Assembly (NCBI GenBank): GCA_030639555.1
Contig: DAOWCM010000001.1
Location: forward strand, 1-50,547
From: Candidatus Eiseniibacteriota bacterium
Lineage (GTDB): Bacteria; Joyebacterota; Joyebacteria; Joyebacterales; Joyebacteraceae
Direction: 5' to 3'
DNA: 50,547 nucleotides
The position numbers were made by a program, and so were the translations under genes. The notes under the pieces are model-generated. The model was given only the letters and a program-made list of their open reading frames with translations, ran no database searches and was not told where the DNA came from. Positions 1 to 9,331 of this stretch are shown here, in pieces (position 1 is the first letter of the stretch; the number at the start of each line of letters is the position of its first letter).

Positions 1-1
1 C

Positions 2-142
2 ATCCCGGCGCAGGGTCTCTCCTTCAACATAGAGCTCGAGCACCAGATCGTCGACGGCGACAAGGTCTGGGAGATCACGCAGGTCAACCTGATCAGGCCA
101 GGCCCGACGAAGATACTCTGGAAGCTCAGGGTGGCGAACTAA
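2..142 (+). CDS. C-terminal fragment of a head-tail connector-type protein (cut by window edge)
   Basis: Frame is open from the window edge to TAA at 140-142, and the stop overlaps the next ATG (TAATG). Function is inferred only from its position just upstream of the terminator and tube genes. Confidence 0.35.
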   Translation: MPAQGLSFNIELEHQIVDGDKVWEITQVNLIRPGPTKILWKLRVAN

Positions 143-573
143 TGGCCTCCACGTACGAAGAGGCGAGGGACGAGCTCTCGGAGTTCGCTACCACGAAGTG
201 GACGGCGGCCGTCGCGAGCATCTCGCCCAGCGCGCCGTTGCACTACACGAACCTCAACGCGGACCCGCCGGAGGTGCCTCAGCTCTGGGGCCGCCTGCAC
301 ATCCAGAACAGGGACGGTACCCGAGCCTCCCTCGGCGGCGAATGCTCGAGGTTCCGGCGCTTCGGATCCTTGTTCATCATGATTTTCGTTCCCATCGGCG
401 AAGGGAGTCAGAGCGCGGATCAGATCGCCGACTCGCTCGTAGTTGCGTTTGAGGACGCGGGTGCGATCGACAACATCTGGTTCAGAGACGTCGGGATGCG
501 TGAAGTGGGCCCCGACGGGACCTACCACCAGGTCAACGTAGAAGCCCAATTCACGTTCGACAGAACGACATAA
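142..573 (+). CDS. Tail terminator / tail completion protein (DUF4128-like)
   Basis: 143-aa ORF coupled to the upstream gene and lying directly before the tube gene. The overall pattern and C-terminal beta-strand ending (VNVEAQFTFDR) recall DUF4128 / T5 p142-type terminators. Recognised from memory only. Confidence 0.5.
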   Translation: MASTYEEARDELSEFATTKWTAAVASISPSAPLHYTNLNADPPEVPQLWGRLHIQNRDGTRASLGGECSRFRRFGSLFIMIFVPIGEGSQSADQIADSLVVAFEDAGAIDNIWFRDVGMREVGPDGTYHQVNVEAQFTFDRTT

Positions 574-589
574 CAGGAGAAACACCAAG

Positions 590-2086
590 ATGTCCGACAC
601 AAATCGAGTCGCACTTCGCTGTGTAGAAGAGGTCGCGTTCGGCGTCGTTCCGACGGCTCCCGTCCTCGAGGAAATCTGCTACACGAGTGCACCAAACCTG
701 GCGTTCGTCCCCGAGACGACCGTCTCCGAAAAGATCCGCTCGGATCGCCAGATCGACGACCTTCCCCTGGTCGGCGGAGAGGCAGCCGGCGACATCAACT
801 CGGAACTGGCATTCCGGGTTCACGACAAGCTGCTCGAGGGCGCCTTCTTCAACGACTTCCAGGCCCGCTACGGCCGCGACAACAATGTCGTGGCCACGCA
901 GATCACGGACGTCGACGGCACCTTCGAGGAGGTCACGGTCACGGACGAGGGAGATGCTCCCTCCGTCGGCGACATCGTCCGGCACGAGAACTTCGGCGTC
1001 GAGCAGAACAACGGGTTCTTCACGGTCGCGAGCGTCATCGGCAACGTGTCCTACGTTGTGAACGAAGACCTGGCGGACGAAGCAGTGGTGCCTAGCGCAG
1101 CGCGGATCCGCGTGGTTGGCATCCGGGCCGCGACGGGCGACCTCACCGCCACCGCGGGCGCGGAGGACTCCATCGGGAGCACGGCGACCGACCTCTCGGC
1201 CTTGGACCTGGAGCCGGGCGACTGGCTGAAGGTCGACGGGTTCGCCACCGCGGCCGACAACGACTGGGTGCGGATCCTGTCGATCACGAACGTCAAGCTC
1301 GTGCTCGACATCGTGCCAAGTGGATGGGCAACCGACACGGGCGTCGGGGTCGATGTAGACCTCTACCTCGGCGAGCGGCTGATCAACAGCACCATCGAGA
1401 AGTCATACACGATCGAAGAGGAGTTCGAGGACCATTCCCCGGTTACGTTCCAGTATTTCCGCGGGATGGAGGTCGACGGCCTCGTGATCAACGCGACTCC
1501 GCAGGCGATCGTGACGACCGCGTTCACGTTCTCCGGGTCGGACGCGTTCTTCTCGGACTCCGGCGAGCCTGCCGACGTGCCGGATCAGCTTCCGGCGGTC
1601 GACGGCGTCGGCCGGGTCGACAGCGCCACCACGCTGCCGCTGCCCGAGGTCGAGGTGCTCAACTCGAGCTCCAACGTCGCGCGCATCGCGCGGGGCGGGA
1701 CGCCGATCACAGGGGCGAACTTCGTGCTCGAGGCGAGCATCGAGATCGCGAACAACCTGCGGCAGCTCAACGCCGTCGGGTTCCTGGGCGCGGTGGACAT
1801 CGGAGTGGGCGAGTTCGGCGTGACCGGAACGCTGAACACGTACTTCGACGATGCGTCGCTGGCCCGGGACGTCATCGCCAACACGGAGACGTCCTTCGAC
1901 ATGCGGTTCCAGGACAACGGGGCGCACGTGATCGTGATCGACGCGCCGCGCATCAAGTTCTCGGAGGGGTCCCCGGAGAACCCGGGGAAGAACCAGGACG
2001 TGACGATCAACCTGTCCTACCAGGCGATCCGCGAGCCGACGTTCGACTACACCCTCAAGTGGATGCGCTTCAACGGCATCCGATAA
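590..2086 (+). CDS. Major tail tube protein (oversized, 498 aa)
   Basis: RBS AGGAG lies 9 nt before the ATG. The gene sits between the terminator-like gene and the chaperone pair. The sequence is beta-rich and tube-like (e.g. GEFGVTGTLNTYFDD, VIVIDAPRIKF). It is about twice the length of lambda-type tube proteins. Confidence 0.65.
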   Translation: MSDTNRVALRCVEEVAFGVVPTAPVLEEICYTSAPNLAFVPETTVSEKIRSDRQIDDLPLVGGEAAGDINSELAFRVHDKLLEGAFFNDFQARYGRDNNVVATQITDVDGTFEEVTVTDEGDAPSVGDIVRHENFGVEQNNGFFTVASVIGNVSYVVNEDLADEAVVPSAARIRVVGIRAATGDLTATAGAEDSIGSTATDLSALDLEPGDWLKVDGFATAADNDWVRILSITNVKLVLDIVPSGWATDTGVGVDVDLYLGERLINSTIEKSYTIEEEFEDHSPVTFQYFRGMEVDGLVINATPQAIVTTAFTFSGSDAFFSDSGEPADVPDQLPAVDGVGRVDSATTLPLPEVEVLNSSSNVARIARGGTPITGANFVLEASIEIANNLRQLNAVGFLGAVDIGVGEFGVTGTLNTYFDDASLARDVIANTETSFDMRFQDNGAHVIVIDAPRIKFSEGSPENPGKNQDVTINLSYQAIREPTFDYTLKWMRFNGIR

Positions 2087-2106
2087 GCCGCAACTCACTG
2101 ACGAAT

Positions 2107-2126
2107 CCCGGGGCATGAGCCCCGGG
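2107..2126 (+). terminator. GC hairpin after the tube gene (putative attenuator or RNA-stabilising stem)
   Basis: CCCGGGGC-atga-GCCCCGGG forms a perfect 8-bp stem 21 nt after the tube stop codon. No U-tract follows. Confidence 0.35.
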
Positions 2127-2152
2127 CAAACCCCAACAGGGAGAAACCTCCA

Positions 2153-2560
2153 ATGGCCAAGGGTATCTACGAACTATTCACGACCGACGAGAACCTCGAG
2201 AAGGAGGGCTTCGCGCTAGAGTACGGCGAGGCCACCTTCATCATCGCCCGTGCGGGTGGTGCGAACAAGAAGTTCCAGTCCATCATGGAGCGCAAGATGC
2301 GCCCCTATCGCTCCGCCATCAACGCGGGCACGATGGACGAGAGCACCGCCGAGAAGCTGCTCGCGGAGGCATACGCCGACGCGGTCATCCTCGCGTGGGA
2401 CGGCGTCACCGGCCCGGACGGCGAGGAACTCTCCTTCACCAAGGAGAATGTCGTCAAGGTGCTGCTCGACCTGCCGGACCTGTTCCGGGACATCCAGGAG
2501 CAGTCGCAGCGCGTCGCGAACTTCACGAAGGCGGGCACCGAAGAAGACGCAAAAGACTGA
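2153..2560 (+). CDS. Tail assembly chaperone (gpG-like)
   Basis: 135-aa acidic ORF with RBS GGGAG. It occupies the canonical position between the tube and tape-measure genes. Confidence 0.65.
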   Translation: MAKGIYELFTTDENLEKEGFALEYGEATFIIARAGGANKKFQSIMERKMRPYRSAINAGTMDESTAEKLLAEAYADAVILAWDGVTGPDGEELSFTKENVVKVLLDLPDLFRDIQEQSQRVANFTKAGTEEDAKD

Positions 2561-2991
2561 GGGAGCTCTTGGAGTGGCAGCTAGTCTACGGGGAGAACGC
2601 CTCGAAGATTGTGGCCGCCGCGAGCGAGTCGGGAGCTCCCCTCCCCAAGTCAATCCGTGATGCCCCGTTCCTCAGTGACCCATACCACCAGCGCGTTTTC
2701 GACGCGTTCTGGCAACTGTCTACCTGTAGGCAGATCGGGATGGGCGCGATAGGTCCCATCCCCTGGGACTCTATAGACCGATACGCCACCAAGAACGGTT
2801 TTGCATCAACGGAAACAGAGTACGACTCGTTCGTCTTCATTATCCAGGCCCTAGATTCTGCGTTTATGGAACACCAGTCTTCGGAGATCAAGAGGCAGAG
2901 CGCGAAGAAGGGGACACAGGATGGCGGCGCCAAAGGTATTCGCAGTCCGAATGCTCGACCTGGCAAAGGCCGTTCCCGTCGAGGCCGCTAG
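2153..2991 (+). CDS. Tail assembly chaperone, putative -1 frameshift fusion (gpGT-like)
   Basis: The -1 frame stays open from before the gpG stop through 2991. An A-AAA-G slippery stretch (GCAAAAGAC, 2549-2557) lies immediately before TGA 2558-2560. This is the classical gpG/gpGT arrangement. An alternative is an independent TTG start at 2569. Confidence 0.45.
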
Positions 2992-3346
2992 GATCCTCGC
3001 CGGAACAGCGAACGTCGCCGGGCGCAACGTCGTCCGCGACACCCCGGTGGACACCGGGCTCGCCCGCTCGAACTGGGTAGCCTCCCTCGCCGGCCCCGAC
3101 CTATCAGACCGCTCCATCCGCTCGAAGTCCGCCACGATCTCCGAGATCAAGTCCGTGACCGCGGGCGTGAAGGCAGACGGCGAGATCCACGTCGCGAACG
3201 GCGGGGACAAGATCCCGTACCTCAAGCACCTGAACGAGGGTTCGAGCACGCAGGCCCCGGCGGGATTCGTCGGGTTTGCCCTCGCGATGGCGAAAGACTT
3301 TCTCCAAGACGCGCGCATTCTTGTTCGGAGGCGCACGAGGCAGTAG
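2921..3346 (+). CDS. HK97 gp10-family protein (tail completion / head-tail joining)
   Basis: 141 aa. The motif RDTPVDTGLARSNW matches the gp10-family 'P.DTG.L..S' signature. The stop abuts the tape-measure ATG (TAGATG). The 5' end overlaps the gpGT frame by 71 nt. Confidence 0.55.
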   Translation: MAAPKVFAVRMLDLAKAVPVEAARILAGTANVAGRNVVRDTPVDTGLARSNWVASLAGPDLSDRSIRSKSATISEIKSVTAGVKADGEIHVANGGDKIPYLKHLNEGSSTQAPAGFVGFALAMAKDFLQDARILVRRRTRQ

Positions 3347-6300
3347 ATGGCGACCGAAGTTCTCGACATTGTCGTCCGCCAGCGCGGCGCGCGGGTGGTT
3401 GCCCGGGACATCGCGAAGATAGGTATAGCCGCGGACACCTCGGCGCGTTCCCTCAGGACGCTGCAGAACGGTCTCAAGAGTGCGCAGGGTGCGCTGCAGC
3501 GGGTGCAGGCCACCACTGCGGCCGCCTCCACCAACATGAAAGCGTTCGGCGGCGCGGCCGCGGGCGCCAAGCGATCCCTCACAGCCCTTGGGACGGGCGT
3601 CGCCCTCATCGGCGGCGCGATCACCGCGGCGCTCATCAGGCCCCTCGCTGGAGCCGTCCGCGCCGCGGGCGACTTCCAGGCGGCGATGAACCTGACGGGC
3701 GTGTTGGCCAACGTGGAGCGCACCGGCGAATCGTTCAAGGCCCTCGAGGACAAGGCGAAAAGCCTCGGCATCACCACCGTGTTCTCCGCCGTCCAGGCTG
3801 CCGAGGGCATGCAGTTCCTCGCGAAGGCAGGCTTCGAGGCGAACGAGATCCTCGCAGCGATCGAGCCCACTACCAACCTCGCGGCCGCGGCGAACATCGA
3901 CCTCGCGCGGGCGGCGGACATCGCCACGAACATCCTGCGAGGCTTCCAGCAGACCACGGACCAGCTTCCCGCGGCCATTGACACCCTCACGTCTGCGTTC
4001 ACGAGTTCCAACACGAACATCGAGGAGCTCGGCAAGACGTTCGCGGCTGTCGGCCCGATCGCGGTCAAGGCTGGCCAGCAGTTCAAGGACGTCGCCGCGG
4101 TCACCTCGGCGCTGGCGGACGCCGGCATCAAGGGGCAGAAGGCTGGCATCGCCCTCCGCCGTATCTTCATCAACCTTCAGACGGACTCCGCCAAGCTCTC
4201 CCCGATCCTGAGCCGCATCGGCGTCTCGCTGTTCGAGGTCGGCGAGGACGGCGTCAAGAAGCTGCGGCCGCTCGACAAAATCTTCAAGGACATCGCGAAT
4301 TCCTCCGCCACCACGCAGGATAAGATCAGGCTGTTCGGCGCGCGGGCCATCGCCGCCGCGGGCATCATCGAAGACTCCGCGCCGTCCCTCGAGAAGTTCG
4401 CCGACAGGATCGGCAGCGACGTCGGCCGGGCGGCAGAGGTAGCCGAGGCAAGGCTGCTCGGGTTCAACGGCGCGATGCTCGAGTTGAGGAGTGCCCTCGA
4501 GGGCCTCGGCATCGCAATCGCGGAGGCCGGGCTCCTGGACTTCCTGGAGTTCGTGACCGACAAGGTCAAGGGCGCCGTCCGTGCGTTCACGCAGCTCCCG
4601 AAGCCCATCCGGGCGTTCATAGGTTTTGGTGCTGCAGCCGCCGCGGTTCTCGCCATACTCACGCTGAAGATCGGCCTTCTGATCATCGCGATCTCAGTCC
4701 TGAGCGGGTCGGGCGGCTTCCTCGGACTCGTCGGCGTGTTGGGTAAAGTCGGGACCGCGCTGAAGACGGTCAGCCTGTTCTTCGTCACGAATCCTATCGG
4801 CCTCATGGTCACGGCGCTCGCCGCCCTCGGGGTGGCTTTGTTCCTGGCCAGGGACAAGCTCATCGAGTTCGGTGACTCGCAGTTCAGGGTCAAGGATCTA
4901 GTCAGCGCCGCGTGGGACGACATCACCGAGCGTTTCGAGGAAGGTGGGACGGCCGCGGAGAACGCCGTCAAGAAAAGCAAGGATGCGATCAAGGAGCTGG
5001 AGGAGGCGGAGAAGAAGTCGACGTTCGGCGATGTATTCATAACTGGATTCCTACTCATCCAGGCCGCGTCTATCACTGCCCTCCGGTTCATAGGCAGTCA
5101 GTTCGACATCTTCATCGAAACCTTGAAGCGGAAGCTCGGCTTTTTCAGCAGGGTCTTCGAGGCGTTCCAGACCGGGGGCATAGTCGCCGCATTCGTTGAG
5201 GCCGGGAAGGATTCCGGGGACGGCTTTGTAACGGCACTCGGGAAGGGCCTCGGAGAACTCCCGGACATATTTGCGGAAGAGATCCTGTCCAGCCTCGAGG
5301 TCTTGGGCGACGCCGAGAAGAAGTTCCTCGCCGAGCGAGACAAGAATCTGCCGAAAGGTGGAACACTCCCCCCGCCGGGAACACCCAAAGGAAAGGAACT
5401 ACCGATACCGATCAGCGAGGGAGAGCTGAAGCGACGCCAGAACGCACTCAACGCACTGACGGCTTCCCTGAACACTGCCACCGAGGTCGAGAAGAAGCTG
5501 TTTGCCGCGGAGACCGCGTTGAACGACGCGCGCCGCGTGGGCGCGGGCCTGATCAGCGAGCAGACCGAGGAATTCATCAGGCAGAGGCAGGCTACCCTGA
5601 TCTTCGAGGAGCTCGAGCGCGCGATCGACCCCGTCGCCGCCGCCATGTTCGAGGAGGAGCGGGCCCTCCGCGACGTCGATGCGGCCGCGAAGGCCGCCGG
5701 TATCTCCGGCGAGAGGCTCGCCCGCACCCAGGAGCTGGTCAAGGAGAAGTTCCGCGACGCGCGCCTCGAGATAAAGGAGTTCCAGGAGCAGCTCGGCACC
5801 GGCGAGGCAATCACCGAGGGCCTGCGCAAGGGCTTCGAGGACTTCAACGACAGCCTCGGCACGATGTTCTCGAACATCCGTGAGGTCACGGCAAATACCC
5901 TCGACGGCATGCTCGACGAGGTGAACAATTTCATCACGACGGGCGAGGCAGACTTCCGCGGATTCGCGCTAAGCGTGATCGCGGAGATCCAGAAGATCAT
6001 CCTCAAGCTGTTCGTGCTGCAGAGCATCCGCGCGTTCGAGCAGACGATTGAGCAGGGCAAGGGCGTCGGAGAGTTCGCCAAGGCGTTCTTCGGCCCGAGG
6101 CTGAAGGCGACGGAGCCAGGCGCCGCACAGGCCGGCGCACCTGCCCCCGGCGCACCCGCCCCCGGCGGCGTCACGACCGCCACGGGCTTCCAGCTACAGG
6201 GTCCGCAGTTCGGTGGGGGTGCAGCCGCCGCCATAGCGGAGCAGGTCCCGGGCAAGAGCCCAGGCGACCCGGTGCACTCGTCGATCACGGCGGACTCCCC

Positions 6301-7048
6301 TGGCCTGACGACCCTCAACGAGAACCTCGGCCTGAAGCTCGACCAGAGCAAGACGGCGACCGTCGAGCAGCTCGTGCAGCTCAACTCGAGCGTCACCAAC
6401 TTGACCAGCCAGCTAGCGGCGGGGGCGGCGGGACCTGGAGGCGTCGGCGCGGGCCGGACGGACCCGGTCACGGGCGCCCTCGAGGGCGTCGCGGCGACCA
6501 CCGGGCAGGGCCTCGTCGAGAACAAAGCCGAAGTGCAGAGACAGGGCGGCATCGTCGACAAGACGACCTCGCAGGGCTTCAAGGACAACATCGGCACTGC
6601 AATCAACGTCGGCGGCAACATCGTCCGCGCACTTACCAGCGGCTCGAAGGGCGACCAGGGTGCTGCGATCGGCTCCATCCTCGGCGCGATTGCCGGGGGT
6701 ATCATCGGGGGCCCGGCCGGAGCACAGATAGGTGCGTCACTCGGCGGGCAGGCCGGTGGCATCGCCGGCAGTCTGCAGAGCGGTGGCGCGATCACCGGGG
6801 CCGGTGTCAACAGGCCGTTCCTAGTCGGTGAGCGCGGGCCTGAATTGTTCATGCCTCCGACGACCGGAATGGTGGTCCCGAACGACGCGCTCGGCAGAAT
6901 GGGTGCTCCGCCGGAGGTCAACGTGCAGGTCATAAACATCGACGACGCGAAGGCCATCCCCGAGGCGATCAGCACGCGGGAAGGCGAGAACGCCGTCATG
7001 AACATCATCACGCGGAACAAGGGCCGGCTCCGCGAGATCATCGCCTAA
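3347..7048 (+). CDS. Tail tape measure protein
   Basis: 1233 aa. It has a TP901-type core (AMNLTGV...SLGITTVFSAVQAAEGMQFLAKAGF), central hydrophobic and coiled-coil segments, a Gly-rich C-terminal region and a VGERGPELF motif. Confidence 0.9.
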   Translation: MATEVLDIVVRQRGARVVARDIAKIGIAADTSARSLRTLQNGLKSAQGALQRVQATTAAASTNMKAFGGAAAGAKRSLTALGTGVALIGGAITAALIRPLAGAVRAAGDFQAAMNLTGVLANVERTGESFKALEDKAKSLGITTVFSAVQAAEGMQFLAKAGFEANEILAAIEPTTNLAAAANIDLARAADIATNILRGFQQTTDQLPAAIDTLTSAFTSSNTNIEELGKTFAAVGPIAVKAGQQFKDVAAVTSALADAGIKGQKAGIALRRIFINLQTDSAKLSPILSRIGVSLFEVGEDGVKKLRPLDKIFKDIANSSATTQDKIRLFGARAIAAAGIIEDSAPSLEKFADRIGSDVGRAAEVAEARLLGFNGAMLELRSALEGLGIAIAEAGLLDFLEFVTDKVKGAVRAFTQLPKPIRAFIGFGAAAAAVLAILTLKIGLLIIAISVLSGSGGFLGLVGVLGKVGTALKTVSLFFVTNPIGLMVTALAALGVALFLARDKLIEFGDSQFRVKDLVSAAWDDITERFEEGGTAAENAVKKSKDAIKELEEAEKKSTFGDVFITGFLLIQAASITALRFIGSQFDIFIETLKRKLGFFSRVFEAFQTGGIVAAFVEAGKDSGDGFVTALGKGLGELPDIFAEEILSSLEVLGDAEKKFLAERDKNLPKGGTLPPPGTPKGKELPIPISEGELKRRQNALNALTASLNTATEVEKKLFAAETALNDARRVGAGLISEQTEEFIRQRQATLIFEELERAIDPVAAAMFEEERALRDVDAAAKAAGISGERLARTQELVKEKFRDARLEIKEFQEQLGTGEAITEGLRKGFEDFNDSLGTMFSNIREVTANTLDGMLDEVNNFITTGEADFRGFALSVIAEIQKIILKLFVLQSIRAFEQTIEQGKGVGEFAKAFFGPRLKATEPGAAQAGAPAPGAPAPGGVTTATGFQLQGPQFGGGAAAAIAEQVPGKSPGDPVHSSITADSPGLTTLNENLGLKLDQSKTATVEQLVQLNSSVTNLTSQLAAGAAGPGGVGAGRTDPVTGALEGVAATTGQGLVENKAEVQRQGGIVDKTTSQGFKDNIGTAINVGGNIVRALTSGSKGDQGAAIGSILGAIAGGIIGGPAGAQIGASLGGQAGGIAGSLQSGGAITGAGVNRPFLVGERGPELFMPPTTGMVVPNDALGRMGAPPEVNVQVINIDDAKAIPEAISTREGENAVMNIITRNKGRLREIIA

Positions 7049-7058
7049 GGGGACCCCT

Positions 7059-8300
7059 ATGCCGTTCATCCAGGCTGCACTCACCACCGCGCTCGTGTGG
7101 CGCAACGGACAGGCCGACACCGTCCAGAAGGATGGATACGACGCACTGCTGCGGGGCCTCGTGACCTGGTTGGCCGGCAAGGCATCCCTCTCCGTCTCGT
7201 ACGTTGGCACGGGCGACGGACAGATCGACAACCTCGACGGCGGCGTCGGGACCCCGACGGAGACGTGGACGATCACTCTGACGAGCGCGACGACCTTCAC
7301 GGTGTCCGGCTCCGTCAGCGGCGCCCAGCCGGCCGGTACGGTCGGTGTGGCGTACACGACCACCGGCGACCCACTCACCTCCCTCCTCTCCTTCACCATC
7401 TTCGCAGGCGCCACTCCGTTCATCGCGACGGATGTGTTCACAGTCCTCGCGACTGTGAGCTCGCTGCCCGCGTTCGACACGTGGGTGCTCGACCGCTGGG
7501 ACCCGAACGCCGACCTGTCGGACATAGACGAGGCCCTCATCTGGCACGGGCTCGGCGACAGTACCGAGGCGATCCACTGCGGCATCCGGCTGACCGCGAC
7601 TCCCGCGTCCCAGATATGGAACTGGGTCCACCGCAACTATACCGGCTTCTCACCCTCGGAGAGCTTCGAGACGCAGCCGGGGCAGTCCGGCACGGACGTG
7701 TTCACGGCGTTCTGGGACGCCGACATGACGTACTGGTTTTCAGGGAATTCCCGCCGGTACATCGTTTCTGCAAAGGTGAGTACGACTTTTCACGCGTTCT
7801 ACCAGGGGCTGTTCCTTCCGTTCGGCTCCCCGGCCGAGTATCCGTTCCCCAGCGTCGTGATCGCAGAGAAGGACGATGAGGAGGCGTGGAACTCGACTAA
7901 CGCGGGCTTCGGCGTGTTCCTCGAGGGCAGGCCCGGACACGGCCGCCTCCGCGGGGTGGACGGCGTGTGGCTCTCGGTGCAGAACGGTTTCGACCTGAAC
8001 TCTGTGAACATGTGGCCGAACGACTCGAGCTTTGGATCGAGCGGGTTCATGTGGGACAACCACGAGAACCACGCGACGGGGGACCACCAGTTGTTCCCGC
8101 TCATGCTGCACCAGCACCCGTCCCCGACCACCACCCCGCTCACCGGCAACGTCCTGGGCGTGCTCGACGGGGCGAACATCGTGACCGGGTTCGGCAACTC
8201 GTCCGAGACGATCCTCAGCATCGGCGGCACGGACTGGGTGGTGTTCCAGGACATCTTCCGTACCCTGCGAGAGTCCTTCTGGGCGATGGAGATGGCATAA
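7059..8300 (+). CDS. Tail-tip associated structural protein, unknown family (paralogue A)
   Basis: 413-aa ORF between the tape measure and the Dit-like gene. It shares RY...F.G and C-terminal I.IGG.dW.VF motifs with the next gene. Confidence 0.4.
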   Translation: MPFIQAALTTALVWRNGQADTVQKDGYDALLRGLVTWLAGKASLSVSYVGTGDGQIDNLDGGVGTPTETWTITLTSATTFTVSGSVSGAQPAGTVGVAYTTTGDPLTSLLSFTIFAGATPFIATDVFTVLATVSSLPAFDTWVLDRWDPNADLSDIDEALIWHGLGDSTEAIHCGIRLTATPASQIWNWVHRNYTGFSPSESFETQPGQSGTDVFTAFWDADMTYWFSGNSRRYIVSAKVSTTFHAFYQGLFLPFGSPAEYPFPSVVIAEKDDEEAWNSTNAGFGVFLEGRPGHGRLRGVDGVWLSVQNGFDLNSVNMWPNDSSFGSSGFMWDNHENHATGDHQLFPLMLHQHPSPTTTPLTGNVLGVLDGANIVTGFGNSSETILSIGGTDWVVFQDIFRTLRESFWAMEMA

Positions 8301-9328
8301 TGGCGTTCGAGACAGGAGTTTCCCTCAGCCCGTCCGACCTGCTCTCCAAGCTGGTTACCCGCCTCACGACCGACGGGTGGACGATCGTCCGCACCAACGG
8401 GGCCCCGGGAGCGCAGGTAAGCGTGTCCGACGGCAGCGCCGCGGAGGCGAACCAGTTCAACTTCCTCGCGGATGACACGACCGCGGTGGCCGCGATCGAC
8501 TGCCAGCCGTCGACCGGAGACGCCGGCATAGGGGCGTCGTTCTTCGCGCATACCGGCAGCCCGAACGCGGCCGGAACCGTCGGAACATTCTGCAGCGTTG
8601 GCCACCGGCTCTCGAGCACGGACCAGGGGTTCTCCGGGGCCGCGGGCAGCCACGTCGCGTACTTCTTCTTCACCGGGTCCACGTCTGACGGGCGGTACTG
8701 CCACATCGTAGTTGAGGGGACGACCGGGGTCTACTTCCACCTGCACTTCGGCACGATCGAGAAGGCGGGGGTGTTCGACGGCGGGCAGTACATGCACGGG
8801 TTCACCACTCGCAGCACCGGGGCCTTCGTGTGGCCGTGGCAGACGAACAATGCGGTCGGGCAGTCCACGAACTGGATCCGCTGCGACGACTTCTACACGA
8901 GCATCGGCGTCACCACAGACGCCGGCCTGTCCCGGTGGTTCCAGGACAGCGGGAACAACTTTCAGGTCAGCGGCTCGAATAGGTTGTCGGACGCGTGGTT
9001 CTCGTGCGGGTTGATCGACTCCAACCAGCGGACGCCGTTCGGCCCGAACCTAGCGTTCGTGTGGAACGCACTGTCCCCGACCCCGGGCGCGACCGCGTTC
9101 AACGTCATCGGGCACACCCCAGACGTGCGGCCGTGCTCTATGGACGGTCGCGAGGCGGGCGAGATCATCGTGATCGGCGGCGACTCCTGGCGGGTATTCC
9201 CGGTCCACCGAAAGACGACCGACGGCACGTCGACCACCAGCTCCGCGTACACGAACACGTTCGCGGCCGGGCCCGCGCCGAACAACGACTCCAACTTGGC
9301 GGGGTACGCGTACCTAGAGGTCCCGTAG
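8300..9328 (+). CDS. Tail-tip associated structural protein, unknown family (paralogue B)
   Basis: The ATG at 8300 overlaps the upstream TAA (TAATG). 342 aa. The part of the track ORF upstream of 8300 is an out-of-frame overlap with the preceding gene. Confidence 0.4.
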   Translation: MAFETGVSLSPSDLLSKLVTRLTTDGWTIVRTNGAPGAQVSVSDGSAAEANQFNFLADDTTAVAAIDCQPSTGDAGIGASFFAHTGSPNAAGTVGTFCSVGHRLSSTDQGFSGAAGSHVAYFFFTGSTSDGRYCHIVVEGTTGVYFHLHFGTIEKAGVFDGGQYMHGFTTRSTGAFVWPWQTNNAVGQSTNWIRCDDFYTSIGVTTDAGLSRWFQDSGNNFQVSGSNRLSDAWFSCGLIDSNQRTPFGPNLAFVWNALSPTPGATAFNVIGHTPDVRPCSMDGREAGEIIVIGGDSWRVFPVHRKTTDGTSTTSSAYTNTFAAGPAPNNDSNLAGYAYLEVP

Positions 9329-9331
9329 ACC

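Noticed and set aside
2569-2991. Independent gene starting at TTG 2569 instead of a gpGT frameshift product.
   Set aside because: Not fully rejected. The SD-like GAGGGAG is only 3 nt from the TTG, and the tube-G-GT-tape-measure synteny favours frameshifting. This needs experimental resolution.
2851-4173. 440-aa minus-strand ORF antisense to the gp10-like and tape-measure genes. Similar long antisense or alternate-frame ORFs occur at 4177-5091, 5098-7041, 6821-7636, 7799-8797, 9805-11055, 11547-12449, 13134-13994 and 13714-15237.
   Set aside because: Their composition is Ala/Arg/Ser/Pro-rich and low in complexity. They lie opposite clearly recognisable structural genes. Long stop-free antisense frames are expected in GC-rich DNA.
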